This document shows positions 14,273 to 27,720 of a stretch of DNA of 64,000 bases, piece by piece; position 1 is the stretch's first letter, and every line of letters starts with the position of its first letter. The stretch comes from Chrysomallon squamiferum (Eukaryota; Animalia; Mollusca): assembly GCA_012295275.1 (NCBI GenBank), contig CM022670.1, positions 34,534,001-34,598,000 on the forward strand, read 5' to 3'. The translations under genes were made by a program, and so were the position numbers. The notes under the pieces were generated by a model. The model ran no database searches, had not been told where the DNA came from, and saw only the letters and a program-made list of their open reading frames with translations.

Positions 14273-17200
14273 CAGTGACAATGAAGTGATAATGATAATG
14301 ATAATTTTTCTGTTTATAAAGTTTTTACATTAATTTACTTTGTAAATGATAGAACAGAAGATAAGATATTTACATTTTAGATTAGTTTATTTTATAAATA
14401 ATAAGGAAAATGACCTTTACAGTTTAGTAAGTTTTACAGGAAAGAAAACAAGATATTTACATTTTGGTAGAGAAACCTCCCATTTCTTTCAGCACGTGAC
14501 TTAGAGTAAAGAACATTCCTCGAACAGATGAAAATATTTGTTCTTCTGGTGGAAAGTGATATAGCAAGTCTTCCTGAAATACACAACGCAGAAAATATTT
14601 TACATGTATGAAGTAAAATGCTAGCATTGAGGTTAATATAACTCAGACAATATAAACTGATCTGGGATAAAGAGCAATGTAATAACTAAAGATCTATATA
14701 AAAAAGGTCTATGAGTTAGTTTTATAAAATGTTAACTGTAAAAATCAGTAACATTTACTATGATTTTGGTTTTGCAGATGCAATGTTTTCTAGCTGAAGA
14801 TTTGTCCTAAAATGAATTTTTAGTTGGCAGTCATATTGGAAAATGATCATCCAGAAAATTTCAGGTTAGGTAATTTTTTGAAAGCCACATTTACTACTGG
14901 ACTCCTGATTTGAGCTGAAGAATTGGATGAATTACAGAATCCCTTATTCTGAATCATTTCAGAATTTCTAGTATTATACTGATTCCCAAAGCTAGTATCT
15001 ATTTTTTTTAATTTTTGATACCATATAAATTCTGCATTACATGAAAACATACCACACATTAGCTGGGGTGTTTTCTGGTTTTTATTTCTTCTTTTTTTTC
15101 ATTTTTAATAATGGCCTAGTCATGTTAAACAGAATTAAATCTTCATATTTCAGTTTAAAATACTTTCATAAAACCATAATAGAAATAATTACTTTGTCAA
15201 GAACATCATCAGATGTGAGTCCTTCCATTGAAACATACAGCACAGAAAGAGAGTTATCTGTCCCTGAGAGCCAGCCATTAAGCTTACTGCCAGCTAAAAA
15301 TGACACCAGTTCATCACTAAACAAAGCATTCCTTGGTTCAAATCGTGGACTCAGTCGATTGTTTCTTTGTAATGTCAACTTCAACTGAAAAATTATAAAA
15401 ATGAAAAATTTTATTTTTAAAAACCTTTTGCTTAGTCTTTCTTGTGTAAAATATATATATTATTATTTGAAATGTAAATTGAAAATAAAAAATTAAATTG
15501 AGATTTGGGAAAAAAAAATGGATGAAATAATTCTAAATGACAAAAACAAATTTATATGTGAAGGAATTTTGAGAAAACACTAAAAACTTAATCTAAAAAA
15601 TATCCAAAAATTTAAATAAAACATTGAATCAAAAAAAATTTAAAAAAATAAAAAAAATCAATTAAATTTGGTTTTTGAATAAAAAAAATTATTATAATAA
15701 AATAAAGTAAAAAAAAAACAAATGTACAAAATAAATACAAATGTTCAAAAAATAATTAAAATTAAACAGATAACTAAATAAATTAATTAATTAATTAATT
15801 AATTAAAAACTGAATAAATAAAATTTTTAATTTAAGTAAAAAAAGATAAACCCATGAATTTTTTATTTTTTTTGTAAAAATTAAAATTCTTTTAAAAATA
15901 TTTTCCTCTACATTACACAAAAGACATGCAGTGTATAGAAAGTATGCAAGTAAGATATAATCCAATGCTATTTCTATAACCACACATGACTTGAAAACTA
16001 ATTATTTCAGTGTATCCATCACTGGTCTAACAATAGGTGGTGGATTCTAAGTGGACTGCGGAGTGAAATTTAACAGACTTATCATAAATCTCTCGTAACA
16101 CTAGCTTACCCAGCCGCATAATGGTGATTAGGTGAACTCATTTCTCAGATTACATTGCTGAATTAAGTGATAATCCATCAGCTAATCCACTAGAGTGTGA
16201 TTACAGACATCATCGGCTTGATTTGCATATCCACATAACATCATACTTTCTTCAGGTTATTTTTTCTTTCTAACTTTTGTCTGTTTAGTTTCTTTTAAAA
16301 CTTTTTTTTTTTTTTTTATATGTCGTAATTGTAATTGTAACAGAAGGTGCAGGTGCAGTTGCAATGGCAGCAGTTGTAGTAGAGGTAATAACAATGACAG
16401 CTTTGGTTGCATTAGTTGGAACAGTAGCAATAATGGTAACAGTACATTTCAAATGGAAATAATATAGTACTCTAATAAAAGCATTTGTGATAGCATTAGT
16501 AATAATAACAGTAGCAGTTGTGGTTATTGCACTTGTAATAGTAACAAAAGAAGAATTACCAATTGCAGAGGCTGTGGTAGTAGTAATAATAATATTAGTA
16601 GATGTAGTAGTAGTAACAGTACAAGCAGAAACAGTATTGGTATAGAATAATAGTCATATTTTTAGTAGTAGTAATAGTTAAGTAGTAGTAGTAGTAGAAC
16701 TAGTATGGATAGCAGTAGCAGTGGTAGTAATAGTAGTAGGAGGAGGAGTTATCATAGCAGTAGTAGTAGTAGTGGTAGTAGTTGGAAAAGAAGTTGCAGT
16801 TGTAGGGTATTTAAAAATATTTTAATTTTTAACCTTTCTGATTACAAACTTTAAAATAAAATAAAAAAATGGAAATGTTCTATTTGTTTCAACACATTAT
16901 TTCATTTACACAGCTTTGTGCTAATACTGTGGAATGATTTAATTACTGCCACGTCGAGCCAGTATGAACTTTAACTACTGATAGAGCAGGCAACACAAAC
17001 AGTTTACTTACTTGCTGGGGTGAGGATATTGCAGAAAGGACCTTATTAATGTTATCCCAGGTCACCTGAACACCATTAATCTTTTTCAAACAGTCGCCTG
17101 AAATCAAATTTAAATATTACAGACAACGAAAATATCTCACTCTTAATGAATTCAGCAAATTCTTAAAGATAAAATAATAACCCAAAACAAATAAGATCTT

Positions 17201-20200
17201 AGAAATGTATAAATGCATCCTATTATACATGCCAGTGAGGCATAAAGATTTGTGGTTACATTTCACAGCTAGAATTAAGAAATGGTAATTGGAATCTGGA
17301 AACTTCTGTTATTAGTATTATGACAATACAGTTGAACTGTAATACAGACAGACAAACAGACAGACAGACAGATATATACATACATACACATATGCAAAAT
17401 AACCTAAAATAATGCTCATCTTTGAAAACAAATTAATTTGATCTTATCAATGGTATTATACTGAAATATTTCCATGTGAGCTGCTGTAATGTTATATCTT
17501 ATGACATTGTAATGTTATGTTAAATAGTAAATTGAGTAATGCTCTGTGATATCATGCAGTAATGTTTCTGTTAAACTGAGCTTGGTGTAAGCAGATTTAC
17601 TTACAGAAATCTCTAATTATCTTAGCAAACTGGGATGCTGTAATATATCTTGTAATGAATCAAAATCAGCTTAATATGTTTCCTGATGAATAGCATGCTA
17701 ACCCAGTTAAAGTTTATGAAGCAAGAATATCCCTAATGAAGATTTCACCTAATTTTAAGATTATCTGATTTGTTGTAGATATTTATCCATGAAGATGGAT
17801 GGGGGAAAAATATTATACTTAAACAAAAAAAAATGGGGTAGCTATACCTTCCTTTCCTAATTGTGAATAATATATTGTTTGTAGTTAAAAGAGAAAAAAA
17901 AAAAAATTTAATATGAAAAAAATAAAGACAATAAAACACATTCAACAATTTATTGGTCTCTCTTTGAGATGCATCATGTGCTCATAAATAGACATGTTTT
18001 TGCATTTTACACACACACAAAATAGTTTTAGTTCATACAAACTGATAAAACTGAAAATAAATACTTTCTGAACAAAATAAAAAATAACTGAACAAACCAT
18101 AAACCATAAATAAATAAATAAATAAACAAGAAAACCATAACTAAATAAACAAAAACAAAATAAACCATAAATAAGAAAACAAAAACAAACCATAAATAAA
18201 TTTAAAAAAAACAACAACCAGCAAACAAGTAAACTACAAATAAACAAACATAGCAATATCTATCATCAAGCAATAAAAACCAGTAAGCAGAAAAACAAAT
18301 TATGACCATGAAACTTCAGAACGTCAAAGCTTTCACTGTGTGTATTTCCAAGACACGGTATAAAGCCTTGGCCATCTCAAGTACCAAATTCCATCTACCA
18401 GAGACACTCAATCTGTGCTGGGAACAGGCACTTGTACTGTCAGGATTAACTCTTTTCACAACCACCAATATACGATCTGTCTTTATCCCAGCAGGGGGAC
18501 AAGTGACCACATTAATTGTAGCAACTGTACACGGACAGAAATATTCTTTTGTCAAGTCAGTGGAAATAAAGCTGTCATAAGTGCAATATCACTTTCACGT
18601 TGTAAATAAAGACTGTCTTGTAAATAATATATTTATGTATGTCTCTGTGAGTGTGTGTGTGTGTGTGTTCATACACACACACACACATATATATACACAC
18701 ATATTCATACATTCATACACACACACACATATATATATACACACATATTCATACATTCATACACACATACATGCACACATACATACATACACACACATAT
18801 ACATACATACATACACACACATATACATACACACACATATACACATACATAAATACACATATACATACATATATATATATATATATACACATACACACAT
18901 TCATACATCTACATTCATACACACACACACACACACACACACACAGATATATATACATACATTCATACATACATACCTATGTACATACACATTATATACA
19001 TCTATATATACATAACATTCATACATTCATACACACACATATACATACATACATACACACATATACATATACATACATATATACATATACATATACATAC
19101 ATACATACATACATATATATATATATATACACACACACACATATATATACTTACATACACACACACATACATACATATATATTAAGACTACATTTATCTA
19201 TGATTCAGCTGTCTGGTGTTTTACACTGGTGTTACATTTATTGATTTACTGCAAAAGTCAACAAATGGAATCTCTAACAGAAAGTGTTAACATTCATCTT
19301 GAAAACTGCTTAGCTAGCTAAAACAGTGGTGTGATAAAAACAGTCTGAATGACAGTTAAATACTGTGGGTGATTTACATGACTGGCACAGTGACCCACCA
19401 ACAGCTAAATCTTGAGAACAAGTAACAGTTATCTCCAACATACGAGTTCAAAGACTTGATATAAGGCTTTTGACATACATGATGCTACTATTTTCAAGAA
19501 TCAACCTTCATCTCATCTCATCAAAATGGTTTTTCTTTCATTTTCTATTCATTTCTCTTCATTTCTCTTCACCAAAAAACATTCTGTTTATTTGTGTCTC
19601 TCTTTCTGTCTTTCTCTCCTCTCCTTGTCCCTCTCATTCTCTCCCCTTGTCCTCTCATTCCCTCCCTTTCTCCCTCTTTACAGATCAATAAAACAAAATG
19701 TTATTAATCATCCCATTCTTTTTTTTTTTCACTAGTTTCTCATACAGAAGCAAATATACAAACTAATAATCAGATAAATCAAGAAAACTATTTTTTTTTT
19801 TTTTTCTTTTCACTGTTTCCACTTACTAATCTGGATGTTTGATAATTTCACTGCAGGCCCGTCAGCCACAAATCCTTTCACTACAATATTCTTGTTGCCA
19901 TTGCTGCTTTGAGTTTCTGACTTTCCACTGACTCCATTAATTCCAGGAACTATTCCCAGCAACTCTTCACACCTCACCTCACGTGACTGCTCAGTCCTAC
20001 ACTGTTCAGGGTCCACAAAAATCTCCACATTGTAGTACTGCCCTGTCTGACTTTTACAATCCATGTCTTCGAGAGAGTCTGTGAACTCTGTGAATTCTGT
20101 TAGTGATCCTATATCCTCACACAGTTGAGGTAATGGGGAGATGTCTAGTTTGTCTGAAAACAGCAAATGTATATATACAGCAGTCTAAAAATGACTGTAT

Positions 20201-20688
20201 TAAAAATAAGGAGAGGAAAGTTAGTTATAAAAACTCAACATTTTAGTAATTGATTCCATTGTGCTGTATCAACTTTATCTCTCTTTGTCCATTTGTTTTA
20301 ACATCTCTCCATTCATCATTAACATAATGCATCATAATTTGAGTAACAAAGAATTACAATCCCCTGTTTAATCTTATCTATTTATCATCTTATCCATTAT
20401 GATCCTCTCTCTCTTTTTCTCTGTCTGTCTGTCTCACTCTCTCTCACACACACATCCACCTACACTCTTTATCTCACTTTGTATTCTAAATTTCTCTCTT
20501 TGAACTATTTCCCTATTCTTTCTATTCTATACTTTTCTTCTTATCTTGCTTTTTTTTCTTTCTGTCTGTCTCTCCCTATCTTGCTTTATGCTTTACCTCT
20601 ATATTTTTTCTATTGTTTAACATCCTTCTATCGCTCATCCTAGTTTCTGATCCTTCTATCTCTCTCATTCATCCTAGTTCTGATTCTT

Positions 20689-20775
<87 letters not shown>

Positions 20776-21030
20776 TAAATCACAGATTTATTACCTGTTT
20801 TCCTTGTGTTCCTTTCTCCTTTTGGTGAAGGTTGGTCGTTGTCTGTAGAGTAGCCTGTGTCCTCACTGTTTGAACACTGACACTCTGATGTACACCAAGG
20901 GTTGGATTCCACGCACTGAACTTTGGGAAACGTCTGCCACTGTGGAGATATCTCACCAGGATCAACATAAAACAGTTCTCCATCTTCTGTGATGTCGGAC
21001 AGCCATGGCGCTGGAAGTTCTCGATATGAA
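7387..21030 (-). CDS. INTU: Protein inturned (PDZ plus longin domains, CPLANE complex), 18 coding exons, about 840 aa recovered; start exon not identified
   Basis: Exons (- strand): 21030-20795, 20153-19827, 17097-17012, 15384-15193, 14573-14461, 13991-13932, 13600-13351, 12929-12876, 12599-12537, 12225-12001, 11682-11633, 11264-11163, 10596-10511, 9788-9640, 9267-9174, 8798-8618, 8024-7888, 7504-7387. Recognisable Inturned motifs: PWLSDITEDGELFYV, SVRGMFFTL, LSDFEAADF, RRSFTILGSALFYKGYLLCNHL, QLVIWRQIFP, LEAGGCAS, PDPFYIDQ, LFHYI, VREHGVLF, YWVVGR, ELYVCFHES, VEMAF. Confidence 0.95.
9640..11682 (-). CDS. INTU: INTU exons 11682-11633, 11264-11163, 10596-10511, 9788-9640
   Basis: KHGLYATVLEAGGCAS / IEGQSQPDPFYIDQCRASLMQ / LAGDGLPVLAVADDYV / ...SDASSGFGGSDGIFK; phases are consistent. 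Confidence 0.9.
9965..10495. repeat. AT-rich intronic minisatellite, ~45-53 bp units (AATAAGCTATATAAAATAAGTATAAAATAGCTGTTATA...), about 10-11 copies
   Basis: Repeated ATAAGCT...AATAAGTATAAAA(C/T)AG cores in an INTU intron. Confidence 0.9.
12001..12929 (-). CDS. INTU: INTU exons 12929-12876, 12599-12537, 12225-12001 (longin 2)
   Basis: LYLSNILSDFEAADFVDM / SETFYGCRRSFTILGSALFYK / GYLLCNHLSKGDLCDVYYYLKYHCLLLL...WFLLIVGL; all phase 0 with canonical sites. Confidence 0.93.
13351..13600 (-). CDS. INTU: INTU exon
   Basis: LSASLLSQFTAEIVRLIRVLLGSVDSAFKQSKHHPLLNELF...YLPLCDDVL; gtaaga donor. Confidence 0.9.
13711..14021. repeat. ~26-bp minisatellite (TGTACAAACCTATGAGAACAGTAAAG), about 11 copies, overlapping an INTU exon
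   Basis: Tandem units directly visible at 13711-13935, with degenerate copies at ~13974-14021. Confidence 0.92.
13932..13991 (-). CDS. INTU: INTU 60-nt exon embedded in a minisatellite
   Basis: ctttag|t...CATAG|gtttgt; translates to IVLVFVQEESCLLLVTVPAHR, aligning by eye to HVAYWKESDKLLLIGLPAE; symmetric phase 2-2, so skippable in frame. Confidence 0.7.
   Translation of the reverse strand, partial: CSCICTRRILSVTGNSSCT
14461..14573 (-). CDS. INTU: INTU exon, longin 1
   Basis: EDLLYHFPPEEQIFSSVRGMFFTLSHVLKEMGG; ttcag and gtaaat sites. Confidence 0.9.
15193..15384 (-). CDS. INTU: INTU exon
   Basis: LKLTLQRNNRL...SVLYVSMEGLTSDDVLDK; 192 nt, phase 0 to 0. Confidence 0.9.
17012..17097 (-). CDS. 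INTU: INTU exon, C-terminal half of PDZ domain
   Basis: DCLKKINGVQVTWDNINKVLSAISSPQQ; phase 1 to 0; ttcag and gtaagt sites. Confidence 0.9.
18650..19182. repeat. Compound (CA)/(TA)/(CATA) microsatellite in an INTU intron
   Basis: Seen directly; source of many spurious His/Thr/Tyr/Ile ORFs. Confidence 0.95.
19827..20153 (-). CDS. INTU: INTU exon, N-terminal half of PDZ domain
   Basis: Lies in ORF 19810-20166 (CEELLGIVPG...IVVKGFVADGPAVKLSNIQI); ttcag acceptor and gtaagt donor. Confidence 0.9.
20795..21030 (-). CDS. INTU: INTU exon, N-terminal region
   Basis: tttag| ... ACAG|gtaata; translates to SYRELPAPWLSDITEDGELFYVDPGEISPQW..., similar to human EPEWLDSVQKNGELFYL as I recall it. Confidence 0.85.
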
Positions 21031-21224
21031 CTAAATAAATAAAAAAATAAATAAATAAATAAATAATATTAATGAATAATATAAATAAATAAATAAATAA
21101 ATATATATATATATATTCATATTATTTTTTATTATTATTATTATTTTTATTATTTATTTCTTTATTGACTGATATATTTATTTATTTATTTATTTATTAT
21201 TTTATAAGAGAAAACAATTTTTTA

Positions 21225-21500
21225 AAATGCGTGCTACTAACGGGGTATTTACGGTACTTGTCACTGCGTTACGATTTCAAGATTTCTGGAATTCTGTTCT
21301 TAACTTATTTTATTATTTAACTTTTATTCACGCACAAACCTGTTATACGAAAGACCGAACAATTTTAATTATCGATAACTGCACCACAAAACTTAAAAAA
21401 AACTTTTAGGACTTTTGTTTTTCTGCTTTGTTTAAACGCGGAAGTAATTTGATCGGTATTCAAACACAAAGAGCGACAACCGTTGTTAAATACAACATGG
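21225..21500 (-). promoter_or_regulatory. Probable INTU promoter / 5' region
   Basis: Onset of CpG-retaining DNA just upstream of the first identified exon; ETS-like GCGGAAGT at ~21437-21444. Inference only. Confidence 0.4.
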
Positions 21501-22059
21501 GTTTCCTGTATATTATATACTATACAAAAAAAGTATTTCTTTACAATGCGTTACAGGCATTTCAGTAACAAATTACTACGGCTGTTAATATTTCCTTTAC
21601 TGTCGTCGGTGCGTTGGCCATTAAGTTTAACATAACTATGGTTGTTGTTTCAAGTAACTTTAATTATTATGGTTTCAACAAAAGACTGAGGTATGTGATG
21701 TCCTGGCATGAGGAAACGATCATTAAAAAAAATAAAATAAAAAAACTTCCTCAGTCGCCTGCTCCTTTTACTTTCTTACGCACACTTTGGATTGCTGCTT
21801 GTTTTTTTTTTGGTTTTTGTTTTTTTTGCCTATAACTGGTTTATCAAATACTGAGGTACCATATGTACCTAAAGGATTATACAGTATATATTACAAACAT
21901 ACAAAAACTGCATGATTGACGGTTAGCCTTTTAATATTAAATGCGTTTTAAATTTTCGAACCTAAATAAGGAAATATTGAAGGAAGGAATGCTGAGCCAC
22001 ATCTCGACACAAAAGTATAGCGCAATTCGCGGTAATACTGACAATAGAGTAGTAGTAGC

Positions 22060-22115
<56 letters not shown>

Positions 22116-22762
22116 AAGTAATAGAAGTAGGAAGGATGAGACTAAGCAATCAGATGTATAAGAAATTTTTTTAAAATACGTCGATACACATACATAAATG
22201 TTCATATATTAAAATTCATTGACTTAATTATCCTAGCCTTCTTTTCCTCAGACATACAAATATTTTAATATCATCCAAATTCGATCATCCTTGGCAATAA
22301 AAATATTTTATTATAAAGAAGCAGACAAGTTTACTTCCAGACATATAAATTAGCGACGCATTCAGAAGATCGCGATACAACGAAGATAAAAACCACCAAA
22401 AAAAGATTAACCATTTTCACTTCAGACCCTGGCGTCTTGGTGGCCTGAGATATCAATATATTCCTGCATTTTATAAAATTTAATATACTGACCTGCAACG
22501 TTATTTAATGTCTTTATTAATATTTAATATAATGACCTCTGATATTACTGATTTAATGTTGTTATTAATATTTAATATAGTGGTCTTTGATATTATTTAT
22601 TTAATGTTTTTATTAATATTTTGGGAAAGGGTTTACAGATTCAAGGTTTTTATTATGTGAGGTGTATAGGAAAACTCGTTGGATGTCGCTCTAACAAAAG
22701 GTGTTAACTCGTAATTTTGTGTTCGTTTGATATTCTTCGTCTTCTTCTTCTTCTTCTTCTTC

Positions 22763-22797
<35 letters not shown>

Positions 22798-23406
22798 TTT
22801 GGTAACACATTAACATTCATCTTAACAATAATGAATAAAAAAACATATTCTTGGTGTATTTTTCTTTGACAGGTTATATTTAGTTTTCTTCGATCACACA
22901 CATCACAGAATTCAAACACCAAACTACTGTCGACACCTGCAGATCACTCGAACCATGATATTCTGAACGTTTTTATTTTACTCGTTACAAACCACTCCAC
23001 CGTCATGAACCAGTAAAACAATATGTTTACAAACGAATACTTTTACTTGGTGATGTGTAAGCAACACGTTAGCATGTGAATTGTTAACCTATCAAGTAAT
23101 TTAACAACAATGCTCGAGTTGCATAATGTATTTTCCACCGCCTTCTGACGCATCATTAATGCTGCACGGTTCAGTATCTGGTTTTAGTTCCAGAGATTAA
23201 ATTAATTCTATGGTATATTTATTTTATCATTACATGCGGTCGAGTCTGTTAAAAAACAAATGGTTTATCTGTTCATATCAGTATATCAAACCATGTGGGC
23301 CTGTCGGTCTACAAATATGTTAGTCATTTTTTGGGTTTTTTTTTTTTTTTTTTTTTTATAATTGTATTTTTCATTTCTTTTTCACTTTTTTTAATTTCCA
23401 TTTTCG

Positions 23407-23472
<66 letters not shown>

Positions 23473-24567
23473 CTGCAATGGAAGATGGCATAAAATACTA
23501 ATTGATCACTTCGGATATATATCCACATCCTCAGGCAAATTCAGTTTTAAAATATGCTTTAGTAATTTCATCTATTATCTTGTTACAAATCGAAAGAATT
23601 ATAACGCTTTACCGTACCATTTTTTTATTACCGAACTGTCGTCACCTTTTCTGAGCATCAAAGTTTATAGCATCTTTTGTAAGAAAAACATCCAAATCGT
23701 ACGTTGTGAAGATCATTTGGACGTGATGTTCAAAGCATGATGGTGGAAGTCGGCGAATAAATGGCTTTGGTTTCAGGTGAGAAACAAGTCAAATTTTCTC
23801 TACAAGTTTTAATGTCAAAGACTGTTCTTGGCATTTCTTTCAAACAAATTAGAAATAAAAACATTATCTGGGTCATAAATTATTTCCGAGTGTAACGAAA
23901 GCACTACTAAATCTGACATGTCAAAGATTTAAATGCTGACGACTTCTATTTGAACTAAGTATCGATATTGTAAATAGTTATCATTAACATGGAAAGTAGG
24001 CTCTCGTTAGGTCTTATTCGCCGCAATAACGTACAAGGTTTACAAGTAATAATTTACAGCATTAATGTGCAACAAGATCATTAAAAATAAAGACTTTTAG
24101 AGGATGGAGTAAGTTTAGAAAATGAGTCAGAGATGCTCGGATTTTAAATGGAACGGTTGCTTTATTTAAACAACACAGCAATACGTTTTCCACTAACAAT
24201 TTTTTACAACGAAAGCTATAACCTTACTAATGAATGGGCGATATCATGTTATATTTTATAAATCAAACTCATGATTAACATTAATGGTGTATGTATTAAG
24301 TAACCTGCTTTTACGTAAATGCAAAACAGCACTGTATCTTTTTCTCTCATACCTAGAGACTCGAACATAAATGACTTCTTATCTACGTCAAATCAATGTA
24401 ATATATTTTATGTAGCTGAATAAATCAAGTTCGTTATTTAATCCCATTTAAGAATATATAGTTTATGTAAAGAGTCGCCTACAAACTTTTTTTGTTTATA
24501 GTTTATTTTTATTTAATTTTTTTCGCTGTTTGTTTTTGCTTCAATAATTGAACACTACAGTTATTGA

Positions 24568-24800
24568 ACGAATGAGTGAATAAATGATTAATTCCACATT
24601 TTTATATTAATAGTTATTAAGAGTCATGCATGTAATCTTTTGACTAATGATGAAACGAGAGAGGAAAACTGAAGCCGCCAAGCTGTGGGTTTATTTTGTC
24701 CACAGGCAACAAATGAGCATTGACAGGTACCTTCCCAAGCTCAAGAAAAAGCGCATCATTGTCTTTGATTAAACCAGAGTATAAAACGGGAAATAAAATA
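24568..24800 (-). mobile_element. Older truncated copy of the same SINE family
   Basis: GAATGAGTGAAT tail, then GAGAGGAAAACTG..GCCGCCA ... TCTTTGATTAAACCAG, colinear with 44926-45140. Confidence 0.45.
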
Positions 24801-26440
24801 TATTGATCGTTGCGTGGTTTTGGTTGATTATAATTATTGAAGGATTAGCTTTTGACCTATTATATGTTTATCTCGGTTCGTTTTTGTCTGCAAATTCCTT
24901 TTTACACCGATTACGTTACAAGTGAAGACCTTTTGCAGAGATAGCTTTACAAAACGCGAGATAATAATGAACCAGCCAGACGACAGCTATCGAGTGAAAC
25001 AGGCTGACATCTAACGACAGTAAGACAAACGACAGCACGATAGGCGACTCTCTTCTCACGAAACAACCACATCAGATTTCGCGTCGTGCTGAGACCGATT
25101 TGTTCTTCTCGCTGTTTCGATACCGACAGCGTAATAATACTTGGAAACAGTCAGTCTATCGATAACGCTGAAACTTGTGGCAACAGGTTGTATTAGGAAG
25201 TCAAGCAGAGTGACACCGGGTAAATGCCGTGAAAATCGGACGATCTCTAGTAAAGTGGAAGAGGAAATCTTTTTTTTTTTTTTTTTTTAAATAAAAAATA
25301 ATTAAAAAAACGAATATGTATACTTGATTTTTAATTTTTTTTTTCATCTGGTGTATGACTATGATTTTGAACTTTTCACTGATTCTGTCTCTCACTCACA
25401 CTCACCTCTCTTTCTCACTTCTCATTCATTCTCTCTCACTCACACTCACACTCTCACTCACACTCACACTCACTCTCATTCACTTATTCATACTCTCACT
25501 CTAACTCACACTAACTCACACACTCATTCACACTCTCACTCACTCTCATATTCTCATTTATTCACACTCTCACTCTCACACACTCTCACTCTCAACTCTC
25601 ACTCACTCACTCTTTCTCTCCCCCCTCTCCCTCCCTCTAAACAACCTGTAATCTAGATACTTACATTACAAACGGAACATTAAAATAAATAAATAAATAA
25701 AGATAGAGAGAGTATATGGCCCTAACCGTAACAATACGTTCCGAGCAGTTAAATAAACGAAATTCCTGCAGTTATTGTTTTCCTAATCACTGAATTCGGA
25801 ATGTATTGCTGTCAAATGCATTCAGCTCACGTAAATTAAATATTTAAACGGTCACAGACGAAATTTACAATCACTTTTGGATTAATTGGACGTCATTCTT
25901 CGTAGGGTATTGGGGCTTCACAAACAAACCGACAGAATGGTGCGACTGTTTTGTTAATTTACGGCTGTAAAACCGGAGGCAAATTTAGCCAAGCTAATGA
26001 AGTGAAAAATACACTGGGCTTCAGCGTTTTATTGATGTTAAGATATCTACCTGAGTGATCAACCTCAACCACAGGTGAATGTGGTTATTGACACTTTTCA
26101 GTTCGTTATAATGCCGTGAAATTAATGGATAGTATTTATCCGGATCATATAATGGCATATGTTTGAAAGTATACAGTCACCATAACAGTAAAAAAAAACA
26201 AAAACAAATGGTAATAGACAATACTCTTTTGTCTGTTACTGTAAGAGAGGCGGGGTCGGTTCGTCTGGGGTGTGGTTATACTAGATTACTGTTTCCATTA
26301 ATGACTTACAATTGTTAAATCTCTTACTAGGTTTCTCTTACTTTTTTTTCTTCTCTTTATTCTTTTGTTGTGAGTGGGTGTGTGCTTAAATGTACGAGTT
26401 CTTGGGTACACGTATATATGTAGGTGTGTCTGTGTAAAAA

Positions 26441-26573
<133 letters not shown>

Positions 26574-27678
26574 ACGATTTTTTAAATAGACGTTTCTAAA
26601 ACCAGGTAAATACAATTTAAGAAGTTTGGACTCTTCAGAATGGAATGCTGAATGGTTCCTCGGATAAATCAAGATGAATGCTCATACTTCGAGTGATACT
26701 GCTTCTCAAACTAGAGATACATCCATACACACACGCACGCACGCAAGAACACACACATACATACACACATACATGCACAAACACAGAGATATACACAAAC
26801 AATACTTAGATATGGTGACGTACAGTTAATACATCACACTGAGAAAGCGATGAAATATTTCCGTTCATTCCCGTCTTGGCGATATCGCACCGCAGGAATT
26901 GTATACTCTACGTGTTGTACAAATCGTTCTGTACGTGACGCTGTATCAAACCGGATTCCAAGTAATTCACAAACAGATTAATCAAACCACGAGCAGAATG
27001 GAATTTTATCACACCACCACATGACTACTGGATAATTGGTGTATGAAGAAGTTGGGGACTAGCATATCGAAAATCACCTCCAGTTACCGGGAAACTGAAT
27101 TCTGTCGCACGCATCTGATCTTACGGCGCCTTGTTTACAAATAAATACAGGTACAGATAAACACAGCCAGGTGTTGTCAGCAGGTGTCGGGAATGGACTG
27201 TTGGTGAAACATTGTAGGTTCGATCAAAGTCAAGCTGTTGGCTAATACGGCTTAGTTCGCGGGCTGATATCGCGTTATGCATTCGGGTTCCAAGTGGAAG
27301 CTGCTAATTGTGTGTGGCTTTATTCAGCCCGTGTTAGGATTATGAATAAACTAAAGAAAAACCTTACGTGTTAATTTTAATCCTGAGCTATGATGATGAT
27401 TAAATTTTGATGATGGCGTAAAATAAATAAAAAATAATAATAATTGCCTTTTTTTTTCTATATACTATTACTTTCTATAAATACCCAAAAAGTAATTAAA
27501 AAAAAAAAAAAAAATAATAATAATAATAATAATAAATAAATAAATAAATAAATAAATTCCACTCTTTCCTATTTGTTCCACAATTATCCTTTATTCTCCC
27601 TCCTTTGTTGTTTTTGTTGTTTTCTCCTTCCTTTGTTGTAACTTTCTTCAACAATTTGTTTCCATTATGTATTCAATT

Positions 27679-27720
<42 letters not shown>

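Noticed and set aside
18581-19244. Overlapping long His/Thr/Tyr/Ile ORFs
   Set aside because: Translations of CA/TA microsatellite inside an intron.
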